This document shows, one piece after another, positions 38,660 to 52,299 of a DNA stretch of 64,000 nucleotides. The stretch spans positions 248,001 through 312,000 of the forward strand of contig RSEE01000057.1 of assembly GCA_003971905.1 (NCBI GenBank), written 5' to 3'. The stretch is from Moniliella sp. 'wahieum'. Lineage: Eukaryota. Each line of letters starts with the position of its first letter. Within the stretch, counting starts at the first letter, position 1. The position numbers and the translations under genes were made by a program. The notes beneath the pieces were generated by a model. It worked only from the letters and a program-made list of their open reading frames with translations. It was not told the DNA's origin and searched no databases.

Positions 38660-39270
38660 CGTTCCAATCATTCCATTCCTCTCTCGCCCTTCCACCTTTT
38701 CTATCACCCTTACGAATTTACGACTAGCGTCGGTTCCACTGCAAGCCGCGGTTGCTCTCAGTGACGCGTGTGCTCTTCATTAGGACTCCGTCTGATTCCG
38801 CCTATTACACTGTGGCGCGTCTCGAGTGTGGTAACGCCCCAGGAAACCCACATTACACCGGAGTTCCAAGACCCCTGTAACAGGTCTGACGAACTACGTC
38901 GCTGCTCCTTCCTCAGAGAGTCTGAGCTGCGGCCTTTTGGCACGCACAGGCAGCCACCCAACCTAGTAGAGGGTCTCTCCCTCGCCTCTGCACCCGCTCG
39001 GTTCGACTACGATATGATATATGAGGCCGGACATTCCGTACGTGACTCCGATTGGCCGTCCCAGGGTTTGTATGCCTAAACTATAGGAGTGGGTCCCACC
39101 TCGGGACTTCCCCCGGTCGGTCATGATGAGAAAGAGAGAGACCGATGGTGTGTTTTCACATTGCAATTAATCCCTCGGAGACTGGCGTGTGTGTTGGTCA
39201 TCTCGGAAGGCGTCTAAGCCAGTATATATGGCTTAAGGGGCACGAATGACCCTCTCACAGACACCTTAAT
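38660..39270 (+). mobile_element. Decayed CRE/Cnl1-like non-LTR retrotransposon REL-endonuclease region
   Basis: Broken frames give SIPLSP..ITPYEF, then ELRPFGTHRQ..VEG..FDYDMIY, then HLGRRLS..LK(A)R. This is the motif order expected at the C-terminus of CRE-clade ORFs. Confidence 0.5.
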
Positions 39271-41080
39271 CAACATTATTGAGATGGGGAGAACTGGTAG
39301 TAGAGGGTATAAAGAAGGAATTGGTTAAAAATAATACACGGCAAACGATGGGGTAGGTGGTCTTTATTGCTCAACCGAGTAGGGCTGTGTACTAGTGCTA
39401 CTGAATGAGCAGGAACATTAAAATACGAGACTTTTCGCCTGTCGTGATTGAAGCTCGCTCACATCCGGTGTTTGCTGTCAGTGCGCTCGCCCACAAGCAA
39501 GAGTAGGCCGATGACGACGTCATGACCAGCAGGCCAAGACAACCCTCCGCTCCCGCCACATTTCATTTCCAAGCCTTCGACGGATGGAGAGCGAGGACTG
39601 AGGGGGGAGGGTAGTCGGACGAACCGATGAACGTATGGTGGGCATCTGCAAGATGTATGACGCGCTTCTCCCTCCTGTTCAATCTCTTCTTGGCAGTCTT
39701 TTGGCCGCATATAGAGTACCACCCGCTTGTCGTGCATCACAGTGCTGCATCAGCGCATCCAACATCAATGCATCAACCACCCGAAGGGGTATCGGAGTTC
39801 GCCGTGCTGACGCATGACGTCTTGCGCGCCCAAGCGCCCCCCGCTCCCACAGATCCTATACCCCCCCACCGAAAGGCAATTCTGATCCGAGAGACCGGTG
39901 TGGTAGGCCCTAGTGACGGTGACATGTGACAGGGAGTATGCATTGTGAAAGTTGAAAAAGAATCTCAAGACCCATTGGTCCCGGTAACGTGTAATCGATA
40001 ATCGGAGAGTTCAATATCGATGATCGATCATAGCGCTGGCCGAGGAGCACTAACATGTAAGACACAGCGGAGCTTTATGTTTTTTGGCCCTTCTATTGGG
40101 TTGACGCGTGACACATGGACTTGACCGGTGACCAGTGACTGGCGAAGCCGGAGGGGTGCCAGGGATGTCCTGGGTTACCTTTTGGTCCATGCATGGTACA
40201 TTCATTTAGTTCCTGGACCCTCCCCTTACGACATCTATGGCACGCTGCCTGTCTTACCCAGGCACACCTGTCCGACACTAATAAGCACCACCACAGCACA
40301 CTGCCCCTCTGCCCTCCTCTTCTGGCAGGCCAAGCTAAGCCAAGCAAGCCAAGCCGGGCACTTCTTGTGCACGTCTCCTCCACGTGTGGGTTACACCCTC
40401 GTTCTCCCCTGAGGCCTGAACGCCAGAGAAGGAACGCCGCGTGTTGCCAATATAGACCATGGCATTATGGAAAGCACCTGTATAGCAATTCTACAGAGCC
40501 CGCCGTTTTAGGCTCCTTTACGCCTTCGAAAGACTGTAGTCTCCATCTTAATTTCTCACCAGCCCTTGCGTCTGTTGCCCTCCTTAGACTCCCACTGTTT
40601 CTCGTCATCGCTCCGTTGCCCGCGTTACGCAGAAGAAAAAAATCTCTGCGGGATAGTCGATAGCCAAAAGCTACTTCGGTTTTGCTATAACCATGGTTCC
40701 TGATGCATGAGGCTTGAGGCCCTGAAGCCCTCAGGATTCCAGTCTGAAGCGTCAAGTTCAAGACTGATGTGAAGCGTGTGACGGTTGAAGACATTTCGAG
40801 CATGAAATAGAGTGCCTTTTATTCGCGCAAAACGTCTTTAACCACGTCTCACGATCTGTTTTACCCAAAGAGTGCACGCCTCGCCGCTGTTATGGCTCAC
40901 TGCACAACGTCTGTGTCAGGCCCTATATGCACATCCGTCCTTGGCATCCCGGATGCTCACCATATCGTCATTGGAGCGAGGGTCACATGTCGCATGTCAC
41001 ACCAAAAAGGAAGTTTCTTGGGCTGCATAGCAGGTGTTTAATAACGGCCACGTATTGAGATTGGGCAGCCGCAAGCAAGC

Positions 41081-43225
41081 TTGGGATCCGACCCAAACGA
41101 TCCCCTTTTCACGCCTCTGGCCGCGTGGACCTCTCTTGTCTCCCCACCATCCTTTGCGTATACTGGTTCAAATAGGGTCATGGCCCTTCTATCCCCGAGG
41201 GAGTACTCTCCCATGTCCGCTAACAGTCCTACGCCCTCGTCTCCTGTCCTATCCTCCCAGATCCATCTTCTGCCCAGCAGTGTACCCGTGGCGACGGGTT
41301 CGGATGCCCCGGAACAGAACCTGATGAGCATTTGGACCAGCGCAGAGGGCGCTGACCCCGACGATTATTTGCACTCTGTGGAACAGGGAGGGAAAGATGG
41401 GCGGTGGGGCGGGATTGACCTGCGTGGGCTGCTCAATCTCTTTACCATGATCCTGGTTCTTATGGCAATCTTGATGCTCTTTGCGGGCTATCCTTTACTC
41501 CAACATTTTCCCCCACAATTCGATCCCGACCAACCTGAACTCGACTGGACAGGTTCCTGTGCTGCCGTCATTACCCCAATTGATCGATCCCGACACTCCG
41601 GCCTCGGCTCGCAAATGGCATTCAAGTGCCCACAATTTGGATTATGAGCTGGTCTTTTCCGACGAATTTGAAAAAGAGGGTCGCACTTTCTGGCCGGGCG
41701 ACGATCCCTTCTGGGAAGCAGTGGATATTTACTATGGAGCCACCGTCGATTTTGAGTGGTACTCGCCCGAGGCCGTTAACACCACGAATGGAGCGCTGCA
41801 GATCACCATGACCGAAAAGAACACCCACAACCTCAACTTTCAATCGGGCATGCTTCAAAGCTGGAACAAGTTTTGTTTCCAGGGCGGATACATTGAGATG
41901 GCTGCTCTTCTCCCCGGAACCGCCAAGCAACGTGGTTACTGGCCTGGATTATGGCGATGGGCAATCTGGCACGCCCAGGCTACCTCGGCTCAACTGAGGG
42001 CATGTGGCCGTATGTATTTCGAGCGCTCCCACCTCCTCCTCTGCTCTTTTCTTTTGAAAACGTAAAAACTGACATGAAGGATGGACACCCCTCAGCTACT
42101 CGTACCAAGCTTGTGATTGGGGGACCCTCCGTAACCAGACCAATCCAAGCCAGACCGAACCGGCTGCTGCACTGAATGCAAATGCTCAATGGTCTTACCA
42201 ATACGACCATAAGCTCTCCTTTCTCCCTGGTCAGCGAGCCAGCTCCTGTACCTGCCCTGGCGAGGATCACCCGGGGCCCAATGTGGGCATTGGACGGGCT
42301 GCACCCGAGATTGACATTCTCGAAGCACAAAACAACGCCGCTGGTGGCCATGCTTCCCAAAGTTTGCAGGTGCGTTTCCGCTAGCTCCTCGGAGAAACTT
42401 TGAGGGCAAAAGGAAGGGTTTGAAGAGCGAACGTAAGAAGAAAGTGTGCTGACGTTTTACTGTTGAATTCGGTTGCAGACGGCTCCTTTTGACGCGGACT
42501 ACTGGTGGAACAATTCAACAGCCACGATTTACCCAGGTACAGTTGTCAACTCGTATACGGGAGTGTGTTCCAAGTACGTGTGGTTTCTTTCCCCTCCCCA
42601 GGTTTCTCTATATACCTTTTTAGCTGCTAATCCCTATCCCCCTACTTCTCACACAGGAGGCTGTCTCCGGCGTCACCCATATCCCGGACAGGCCTATGTA
42701 AACGCGCCCAATGCAGAGTACACCACGTTCGGGTTTGAATATGCGCCCGATTTTGACGGAGACGGATCTGCTGGCTTTGTAACCTGGTGGGTCGACGGCA
42801 AGCCCACTTGGACTGCGCCAGCCTCCACCGTGGGCCCCAACCCCACCAGTATGGTTTCCCAGCGGCTGATTCCCCGGGAACCGATGAGCATTATCTTGAA
42901 TCTTGGTATGTCCCGCTCTGTCTACACACACCCATCACAGTCATCCCGGGCATTACGCAATTAACCGCTCTCTCCTCACCGTGCAGCAATCAGTTCCGGA
43001 TTCAGTGCCATTTTCTGGGACGAACTCACCTTTCCTGCCGTTATGCGAGTCGATTCGGTACGGGTCTACCAATTGCCTGGTCAAACGCGTGTCTCCTGCG
43101 ACCCACCCGACCATCCCACATCCAAGTACATCAATGATCACCTCGACGTCTACACTAACCCGAATTACACTGTTTTCCCGAAGAAGTACAAATGGCCCAA
43201 GAATCGCTTGATGGGGCCATGTTAG
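41081..43225 (+). CDS. KRE6: Beta-1,6-glucan synthesis-associated GH16 protein, KRE6/SKN1 family; start uncertain
   Basis: TM RGLLNLFTMILVLMAILMLFAGYP, LVFSDEF..GRTFWPGDDPFWEAVD, QSGMLQSWNKFCFQGG, MGNLARPGYLGSTEGMWP, IPREPMSIILNLG, MRVDSVRVYQ, WPKNRLMGPC*; several introns. Confidence 0.92.
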
Positions 43226-43680
43226 TCGTGCGGTTTCTGGTCTTCCCCTTCGCTCAGCACCCCCCATTCTTTATGTCTACTTCTCTACCACATTCTTTGC
43301 TCAGTGAACACTCTGTCCCGGTATACACAAACATGCACAAGAGGATTGATGACATCCTACGCTGTGTATGGTGTTTAGGCTCTCGAAGGAGAGACCACCG
43401 CTTTACCAAATGAGTAGATAACGTGAGAGTAGACACATGTGAGAGAGCACAGGGGGTCCAGAGGAGAATCGGAGCTAGGCGTTTGACGAACGGGTGTGAC
43501 AGATAAGGTGAAAAGTAGGCCTCGCAGACCAGGCAGGAGGGAGACAGATGAGGCAGGGGGGATGGTTTATTTACAGATAGGGGATGATTTGGGTCTTGGC
43601 GCGTTGAGGGGAAAGGGTATGTGGAGGTTGTCTCAAATCGTAACGTACTATAATGTACACTAATCTGGAGATCCTCTGGT

Positions 43681-45012
43681 TCAACCAGAGGAAGTTGCCT
43701 CACCCTGATCCTCTATTGTGGGGGTGGCGCCCGCAGCTTGCCGCCGTTCCTTCTCTGTCTCCAACTGGGTGCGGGTCAGCGATGCTTTCAAACTCACCAT
43801 GAGAGAGGGAGGGGTAGGAAGGGCACAACACATACCTGGTTATATAGCAAGTACAATGCTTTTTCGTTGGACGCAGGTGTTCCCTGGATGGTGAAGAGCC
43901 GTTCTCCACTCGCATCGTGGGAGACCTTGGCAATGGAAATGCGCGATCCGCTTAGGCGTCGAATTTCAGTGATCTTGGACCCAGCTTTGCCAATGATGCA
44001 GCCCACCATGTCGGCGGGAATGGAGATGTTTTGAGTCCGCATGTTGGCGGCATCCACGACGGCGGGTGCTGTGGCCGGGCCAACGCCGGTGATACCACCA
44101 GCCACAAAGCCGCCGCCTGGGGCAACCGCTGCCCCTTGGGATGCGGCCGTAGCAATCGCTGCAGGTGAGGTGGCGCTGCCGGCGGGGATGCCGGTGGGGG
44201 AAAAGACACGCTGATGCTGGAGGGAACCAATGTGAGCAGTGTAACGCTGGCCCGCATAGGGGTCGATATTGAGCATTGGCATGGGATGGAAAGGGTAGTC
44301 TCTCTGCATTCCCCGCACCCGGAAAGTGGGAGAAGAAGCAGAGAAGGGAAGGCCAATGGTAAGTGGTGCTGGCCCATCAGCTGCGTCGGGTTCGTAAAGC
44401 ACAGTACCCTGACGCTCGGGGTCAAGCGCCACGCACTTCCCCACTTCGCTCACAGCACGGTGAATCCCCGATGGGGTTCCAGTGATGTCCACCACACGCT
44501 CGGTCGAGTTGGGCATCATCTCCTTGCTTGCCACCATGCGCACCCCACTTGCTTCTTGGATGGCTTTGATTGTGGTGCCCTGTTTTCCAATCACCGCTCC
44601 CATAAGCGTATGCGAAAGGAGGAGGCGGATGGTGGTGGTACTCTCTTTGTCGGAGGGGAGGGTGGTAGCGGAGGCAGTCTCGTCCTCTTCCTTTTCTTGA
44701 TCTGCGCCTAGCGAGGCCGGTGACGCCGGTGGGGTAGGAACCTCTTCCCCACTGTCAATGAAGGACTGGGCAATGATAAGAAACGCATGAGCCACGCCCT
44801 CGAGCGTGCCAGAAAGGGTAAGAACCGGTGCACCCTGGGTACCACCTTGCTAACCCCGGCTTTGACACCCGTGCTCTCGCGCAGAGTGGCACATGGGTTC
44901 CACCTCGACCAATGATGATGCCGGCCTCTTTAGGGGCAACGAGGGCACGCAGACTGATGGGCGTGCTGGGATCGACATCGTCGCGCTCGACGATGGCATT
45001 CAACTTGTCCAT
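43681..45012 (-). CDS. Triple KH-domain RNA-binding protein (Rnc1/Hek2/Pbp2, PCBP-like)
   Basis: Three KH motifs: AGIIIGRGG, MGAVIGKQG, VGCIIGKAGSKITEIRRLSG. Intron 43765-43835, then LETEKERR...; TGA at 43681-43683. Confidence 0.9.
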
Positions 45013-46137
45013 GGTCAGGGGATGGGGGCGGGAGGGGAAAGACTGAGCAGGAGACGGAGTAGGTGGGGGGTAGGTGTGGATAGAACTGGGCGATGGATTG
45101 CGTGAGTGATGAGATTAAATAGGGAAGTATAGTTGTGTGGGTCTCGGTGGCCGGAGCGCGCCAAACCGTAAACGGCGATTGCCGCCTTTGTGACTCTTCG
45201 ACCAACGCAAGGGGGGCAGATGGCCGCGTGGGTGGGAGACAACGGCGGCGGAGGCGCGCTGGAGCCGCAACTCTATGGTGCTGTTGCCCGACGGTGCCGA
45301 GGAGCCCCACAAGGCCTAATAAAGCGGGGGGGGGGGGCGCAAGCGGCTCGGGAGAAGGTTGGCGTGTGGGGTGCGTGCAGCTCGGCTATGGATATGGCCT
45401 TAATTTTGGCCACATCTGTGCGTCTCCGTGCATTCTGGCGGTACTACAAGTAGAGAGAGACCAGCGACGCAACTGGGACTGTCGAGGGTCTGGACTCGGT
45501 CTCAGTAGTATACTCTTCGATGACAGTGCCCATCACAATAGTTCTCAGTTCTCTCCCATTCAGTCCCCACAGCCCTCAGCATGCTCAGGGTGCTCATAGG
45601 CCTCAGGCTGAGGCCTCACGTGCGTTTCACCCGACTACTATCCACTCGGGCCGGTTTCTACCCCTCCCACCCTCACATGAAAACAACATATGTCCCCGCC
45701 CATAACCGAGAGCTTGTGCACTCCTGTGGCCGGCCCGGGGTGTATATATGTAACACCGCAAAATTCTATATCTAAGTGATGTTCACCACGCAAGCTTCTC
45801 TCCTGCGTTTGCCTTTCCTTTCAGGGCCCGCTTAGTATGTCAACGCAGGAACCGGACCGCCACCTAAGGTAGATGACGCAGATGATGTGTGTGGTGTTTC
45901 TGCCAAAACGATAAGCTATCAATCTCGACTGTTGTTTATCCTACTTCGCCTCACTGATTGTGACGCTGCTGCTGATTGTGACGTACGATTATACCTGCCA
46001 GTGAAGCTAGTGACCCCGAAACATTTAGTATCCACTGTCGTTAGTATACTCGTCCACCGGCGCCACCTGCCGTCACCTTGAAAGCACCACTCGCTTATAC
46101 ACCACTCGTCCAACCCCAGCTAATGGTCCTAACGTTC

Positions 46138-46180
46138 GAATCCATATCATTGACAGAGCTTAAGGCTGGGACAGGGGGAA
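46138..46180 (-). mobile_element. 43-bp terminal fragment of CRE-like family 1
   Basis: Exact reverse complement of 25720-25762. Confidence 0.75.
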
Positions 46181-47306
46181 TAGATCGGGGGAGCGTGTGA
46201 TCGTTTCTGAGAAGCGTGAAGGGCTAAAGACTATTACTGAAAAGGGTTTGGCGATGCATGGATGAACTCTGTCACATGTCATCGAAGATCCGAAACAAAT
46301 ATATTTATTCACGTGTGGACGTAGAAAATAGAATGTGTGAGAGAAAGACGGGGCTATAGCACTGCCAATAATGCCTCCGCCTGCGCCCAGCTCTCTTGCC
46401 TCGCCAAAGCTCTGGGCACCACAAGTTCTACGTCAACGTTCAACGTTGATCTTAGTACCACTCACACATGTTGAGCGTTCAAAACGTTTTCAACCGTTGA
46501 ACGTCCTCCATCCAAAGTTCATGGGTTACTATATCAGTTCAGTACACACAGCCTCTTCACAGATATACACAAAGATAGAGCCTGGACCTTTTTTGCCTTC
46601 GACAAGCATTCGCTCTATTATTATACGCTGACATATGTTTTGCTTCGTGTTCTTTTACCCACATATATCCAACCAACCAGCCTCCGTTGCTAGAGTGCGA
46701 CTTGGGAGCACTCGCGATCCTATGGATCAGCTGCAAAGCAGCCTTCAGACAAGGCGTGAAGGCAAAGTGGTGAGCCACAAGTCTTCAAGCAACGTCTGAA
46801 GGGAAGGAGAAAGGAGAGAGAGAGGGAGATGGAGCGAGCACGGCGTGCGCGGCCTGCGAGCGGAACGCTTCCGCTCGGCTAGGCGAGCGTCACCGATCCA
46901 TTGAGGCCGCGCAGGAGAACCCTAGCAGTACCTCTAACATCCGTTGGTCAAAAGGAAAAGAAATGGATTACAGCACAGAGAACACTGCAACGTGTGGCTG
47001 CCTGCCCATTCTAAAAAAAGAAAAGAAAGCAATCGCTTCCATCGTCCATCCCTACGAAATCGATGAGAGAAGAAAGGTCCAAAGGGGGGAATGTAGAGCA
47101 GCCACTCAGTAACTGCGAGCTCTTGGCCTCTATTAGCCGCGAACTCATTTCGTTCTTCTATGGAAAAGTGAAACCAAGCTTGCGGCTCTTCTTGCCAAGA
47201 TGGACTGCGAATCATCCCTTCGGCCTTTCAGCCACGGAAGACGCGCTCGCTCCTGACTCCTGCCTGTGGTGACAAGCGTTTTCCGGTGCGGATATGATGT
47301 TCTTGC

Positions 47307-50300
47307 CTAGACGCCCACTGCGCCCCCCACTGCGCCCACTCCATCCACCACACCACCCACCGCGCCACTCATTGCGCCACCTACCGCTTCAGCCCCTGCG
47401 CCCATGTTCCCCAACCCGGCGGCAATTCCTGAAGCGGTCGCTTGTGATCCTGCACGACCATTGAGGACCATGCGGGTGGAACGTGAGGCGTAGCGTGCAG
47501 GTCGGGTCGTCATCTCCTGCATGCTCCCCGACCACAGGGAAAGTGACCTCAGCGGTTGGTCCGACTCCAGCGCCGTCAATCGGGCAGATCAAACCCACCC
47601 AGCGCGTCGCAGCGCCGAGCTGGTCCCAGTCGCGCACCTCAATACGCAAACCAGGGAGGACCGATCAGGACGGGGACTGTGGGTAAGGTTTCGTTCCAAG
47701 TCGGGTTCAGCGTCTTCTTCGCTGTCTGGTCTGCGCCACCCGCTCACCGCAACAAAGTGCGGCAAAGGGGTGGAGACTTGCCTCCGCGATCGGCCGCGTA
47801 GGTTCGCCGCATGCAACACCTCAATTTTATCCCCCTGGTTCAGCACACTCTCCCGGCCGCTGGAACAAGGGAATCGGCATCCACGGCTCTGTGCTCGATG
47901 TGCACGGTCCTCCGGCCTGACGAGCGGGATCGCAGGCCCGTCACATTGCCCACGCGCCTGTCACCCCCGCCGTGACCCCCGACACTCCTTTACCTACTGC
48001 GCCAATCGCACCCGATCCCAACTTGCCCAAACCGCTGACGCCAGAGGAAACCATATGAGCCCCGGGACGTCTTCGTAATTGGCCGAAACGTTTCTGGCAG
48101 CTCCTGCGCCGAATCCGGCAAATCACCAAAGCCGGGGATGGTTCTGAGGGTTGAAGGACGGGTTGGCGGCCAAACGTAAAGTGTTCTTGCCAGTAGCGTG
48201 GCCTAAGGAAAGTGCGAGCTGGGAAAGTACCCAACGCTACAACGTCCGTGAGGTTGGTGTCGTTGCCATCACCCCGCGTGCGCACACGAAATATAATCTG
48301 GCTCGTGTCCAAATCCTTAATTACCGCCTCACACACCTCGTCGAATTGTTGACCGCTTGCGGGAAGGACCGCTTAAGTAGGGGGCCAGTAGCCATTGTCG
48401 ACCAGCACCTCTATCCGAGCCTGCTTCGCACTCAACTTGCCCTCGAGCAGATGATAGCCAGCACCCCACGGGGTGTTTGACCAGCTGCTCGGGTGAGAGG
48501 AGACTCCACCGGGTTCTCTTCGGCGGGCACCTGAGTCTTGTATCGGTCGTTCTTTGGCTTCGGACGGGACAGCAGGCAGGCTCTCCTTGGACACTCCACT
48601 GTTCCATTCTTTGGGCCTTCTCCACTGCCTCAGGCTCGCCATGTCAAACACTGCGTCGCGCAAGTGCAGCGGGCAGGAACTCCGCTTCAAGTTGGAGTGT
48701 ACCCAATGTCTTGCCACCAAGGCTCGCCAGTGCTTTGATCGCCTTCTTTCCGGTCGAGCGGGTACGGCCAAGGGTCGGTTTGCGATTGTGCGCGTCCTCG
48801 TGCTCCTCTCGCGCAAATTTGCTCACCTCCAGCTCGTACTTGCCCAGGAATCGATGCTTACGTTCGGTTGATAATCCATCAGTTCCACCATCACCCGTTC
48901 TTTGAGTGAATGGACAGGCGCATACAGTGCCTGTCCTTGAAATCAGGCGCAAGCCGTCCCAACAAGAACCTTGCTTCGATCGGACACCAGACCTTGTTGC
49001 GCAGCTCAACAAACGGCAACGGCTTACCGGACAGCCCAGTGCCTTGGCCAAGCGTGACCCGTAACGATCCGATCGACGGAGAGTAGCCGAGCCGGAGTTG
49101 ATTCCACCGCCATGCGGACCGGCTTCCAAGCGGCTGAAATGGACACACGTGCTCGCGACGATCCAACATGCCCTGGGACCTGAAGCGGGAACCAATCTTG
49201 TCCATGTGCCGCGGCTTCAACATATCGTCCAGTTTGACTGCCAAATGGCCAACAGGCTTCTCATTGTCGTCCACAATCTCCAGTCCTACCACGGCCTTCT
49301 CACGTTGAGTTACAGGAGCGGCAGTTGGAATTCCCAGTTGGGCGCGTCGGACTTTTGAACACGTTCGAAAACATTGGCTTGCTTTCCATGAGCAGGACGC
49401 GCGCGTTGGAGTGAGCTGCTTGCTGCCCAAGTTCTTGGCCGAGTGCACCGTCAGCGCCAATACGCCCGTTCGTGTCTCACAGGAAGCGGAAGCTCCGTTC
49501 CGTCCGGGCTCTTCTCAGGCTTGATCAGAGGGAAATACGAGATACCATACTGCAGCGTCCCCCGTGGTTTGCCATTGAGGATGATCGGGTCCGCGACAGT
49601 CCATCTTGCTCAGGGTTCTAGGCCAATTCGGCCAGATCAAACGTCGTGGTCCCCAACGGATTGTCAGCGCGCACATCATTATAATCCAATGTGTTGAGCG
49701 TGAGCAGACCAGCGAGAGAGTTGATGAGCACAAACTTCGTCTCCCGCCAGTTAGGGTTGCTCGTGCTCTCTTTGACGGAGGTCTTTTCGAGTACATCGGG
49801 TTTGTCGTTCAGCGTGAGGGAGACGTAGGGGTCGGGGGTGCCACCGCCAAACTTGACCCCTTGCACATCTTTGGCAGAATAAACTGAGACTTGCAGGATA
49901 CCGATTGCGGTATCGATCAGATTCCCAGCCAACAGTTCCTCCAGATTAACCTTAAATACATTGGGGGAGTACATCATGGGGCCCAGGTTGGCGTGCACTT
50001 GTCCTTGAATAAACTCATTGAGGCCGGGAATATTGCCAACGTCGAAGCCAAGCTTGCTTCCGCCAACGGGCTTGAGCACATAGTCAAACTTCGGGGGCTC
50101 CATAAAGCTGATACCAACCGTCTGAACGTTGGGGAAGTTGGAGATGAGCTTGAATTGGACACGGAGGGTTCCTGAGAATTCCATGTTCTGCACAAGGATT
50201 GGGAATGTGGCGCCAGCCAATCCGGCGCCAATGCGCACGCTCAACTCAACTTTCGGATCAATTTTTTCCTTGGCCTGCTTAACCGTCATGTCACTGGTAT

Positions 50301-51366
50301 CCTCGGGGGTGTAGTTGAACTTCCATTCGGTCATGATCACGTCCTCTTCAGTATGCGGGAATGTGCGGACATAGGTGATCTGAGGCGCCTTGGAGCCAAG
50401 GGTGAACTGGGTCAAACGGATAGCATCTAAAAATGAAGGGCAGTTCTGAACAAGGATGCCATCAGCAATCTGGATAACCTGGCAGAGAGGGCGGGCATAT
50501 AGATGGGCCAGAATCGAGCGAAGAAGTTGTTCAGCCACATCATCTTCTCTCCGTCTCCGTCCGACACATCCTCCAGGGCCTTCTTGCGGATGATGATACG
50601 CTCCTGATCATCCTTGTAGCGCATAGCAACGCGCTCTAACGCCCGGTTGTACGCGGCGATTACGAACATGCCTACAATGATCATCCCCGCAAAGCCCAGC
50701 CGAATTTTGGTGAAGAACCAAACAAAGGCTGAGGCACCAAGGATGACGGAACCATGGGAAAGGAAGTAGCCCACATGACTGTGTGAGACATGGTCGCGCA
50801 CACAGAACACGGTGGCCATATGACCTTCTTTGGCACCAGAAGCGACAGTGGTGGCGAGTTCTTTGGATTGCGGGTCCTGCACTGGCGCAGTGGGTGCCTT
50901 GGGCGCAGGAGCCTCAGCCTCACCCTCAACAGCCATGCCGGGTGGAGCAACAAGATGGCCAGCATCATCGTATGTCGCGGAGGGGTTCGAGGCGCCGCTC
51001 GAGATTGGATGCTTGGCTGCCTGAACGGCTTCCTTGGCTGGGGCTGGGGGGAGAGAAAGAAGGTAAGCAGGTGTGCCGACCAAAGAGGGGATAAAAGCAC
51101 GCACCAAGGCTTGTCAACCCCCCAGTGGGGTCCTGCATCAAGCCGTGGCGGATGGCGGGCTGGGCTTGCTCAGCGGCCTTGACGGAGGGTGCGGTGTTCA
51201 TATCAAATGGGGGCACGAGGGCGGCTGGGCGGCAATTGTGGGCTCAGGCTGACCCCACGGGCCTCAGCCACAGGGGGCGATGCTTGGGCGCAGACGACGG
51301 TTGTCGCAAGAGGCGCGTCTGCTCCCCGCCGGGGTGGTGGGCGCCGAGGTGTGGCAGATGCACCAT
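47307..51366 (-). CDS. TCB: Tricalbin (N-terminal TM hairpin, SMP domain, multiple C2 domains); heavily frameshifted
   Basis: WLNNFFARFWPIYMP, FLDAIRLTQFTLGSKAP, FSGTLRVQFKLISNFPNVQTV, IPGLNEFIQGQVHANLGPMMYSP, C2 motifs (PDPYVSL, NPNWRETKF, IEVRDWDQLG). Start is tentative. Confidence 0.85.
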
Positions 51367-52143
51367 ATCTTGGCTGCTGGTGTTGGTCGTTAGGAGGGGA
51401 GCGGTGGAGGAGGGTGGAAGAGCTTGTCGGGAGCAGCGATCCAACCCCTGCCCTCAGAGCGCCAAGCGAGCTTGAAACCTTGAGCGCTCTCTCCACTCGG
51501 CACTTGCGCTGCCAAAGTGCGCCTTCAGTCCAGCAGTCGCCCTGCCTGGTGGCGCCCACAGCTTCGCTCTTCCATCGCTCCCCCTGCAGCACGCCCGCCG
51601 CCCTGCACCCCACAGTGTGCATGCGCGCCGGATGTGCAGCCCAGGGACACTGGCGCCCTGCTGATGCACCACATGCACCTCGCACTCACTCATATCACAC
51701 ACAGGGCATACCCGGGGACCTGCAGCACCACACCGCACATCCCCAGTGTGCCTCACACATCGCAGCATGGGCCGTGCACTCTCCATATATACGGCCACGA
51801 AGAAATCGGCACCTCGTGACCACGTGACCCCCAAACCATGCCACAATCCATTCAAGCCTAATAAGCCTCTCTTACAAGCTACTTGCACGAGAAAAGTCAC
51901 TCTCGTCTGTTCTGTTGTCCCCCCCTCTTTCACTTTTAAAGGCGCACGGGCCACAGAATGTCATCAACGCGCACCCACCCATTGACACTGTGTGGTTGTC
52001 TCCTTCAGCATTAGACGACCACGACGAGACGCTCAGCAACGCCCGGCATTGTCCGTGCTGCGGAACTATAGTAGCGAGATATGTATATAGCGCGTATACC
52101 CCCGACACTATTTATATAGTGGCGCTACCGATAAGTAACTCAT

Positions 52144-52226
52144 CACGCAAGATGAACGGGTCGGTTTAGGCGTAGCGTTTCCCTGTTCCAACCTTAAGCT
52201 CTGTCAATGATATGGATGCAGTATAG
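52144..52226 (+). mobile_element. Short 3'-terminal fragment of CRE-like family 1 (copy C)
   Basis: CACGCAAGATGAACGGGT..TTTAGGCGTAGCGTTTC..CCTTAAGCTCTGTCAATGATATGGATGCAGTATAG aligns with the ends of copies A and B. Confidence 0.75.
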
Positions 52227-52299
52227 CAAAGACAGATTGAGTTGGTTTTAAGCGCGAAAAGTCGAGCTGAGAGAACACAAGTGGAGAGTATACCTTACA

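Noticed and set aside
45870..45985. Possible C/D-box snoRNA (ATGATG...CTGA)
   Set aside because: Box C is imperfect, and there is no terminal stem or rRNA-complementary guide that I can support.
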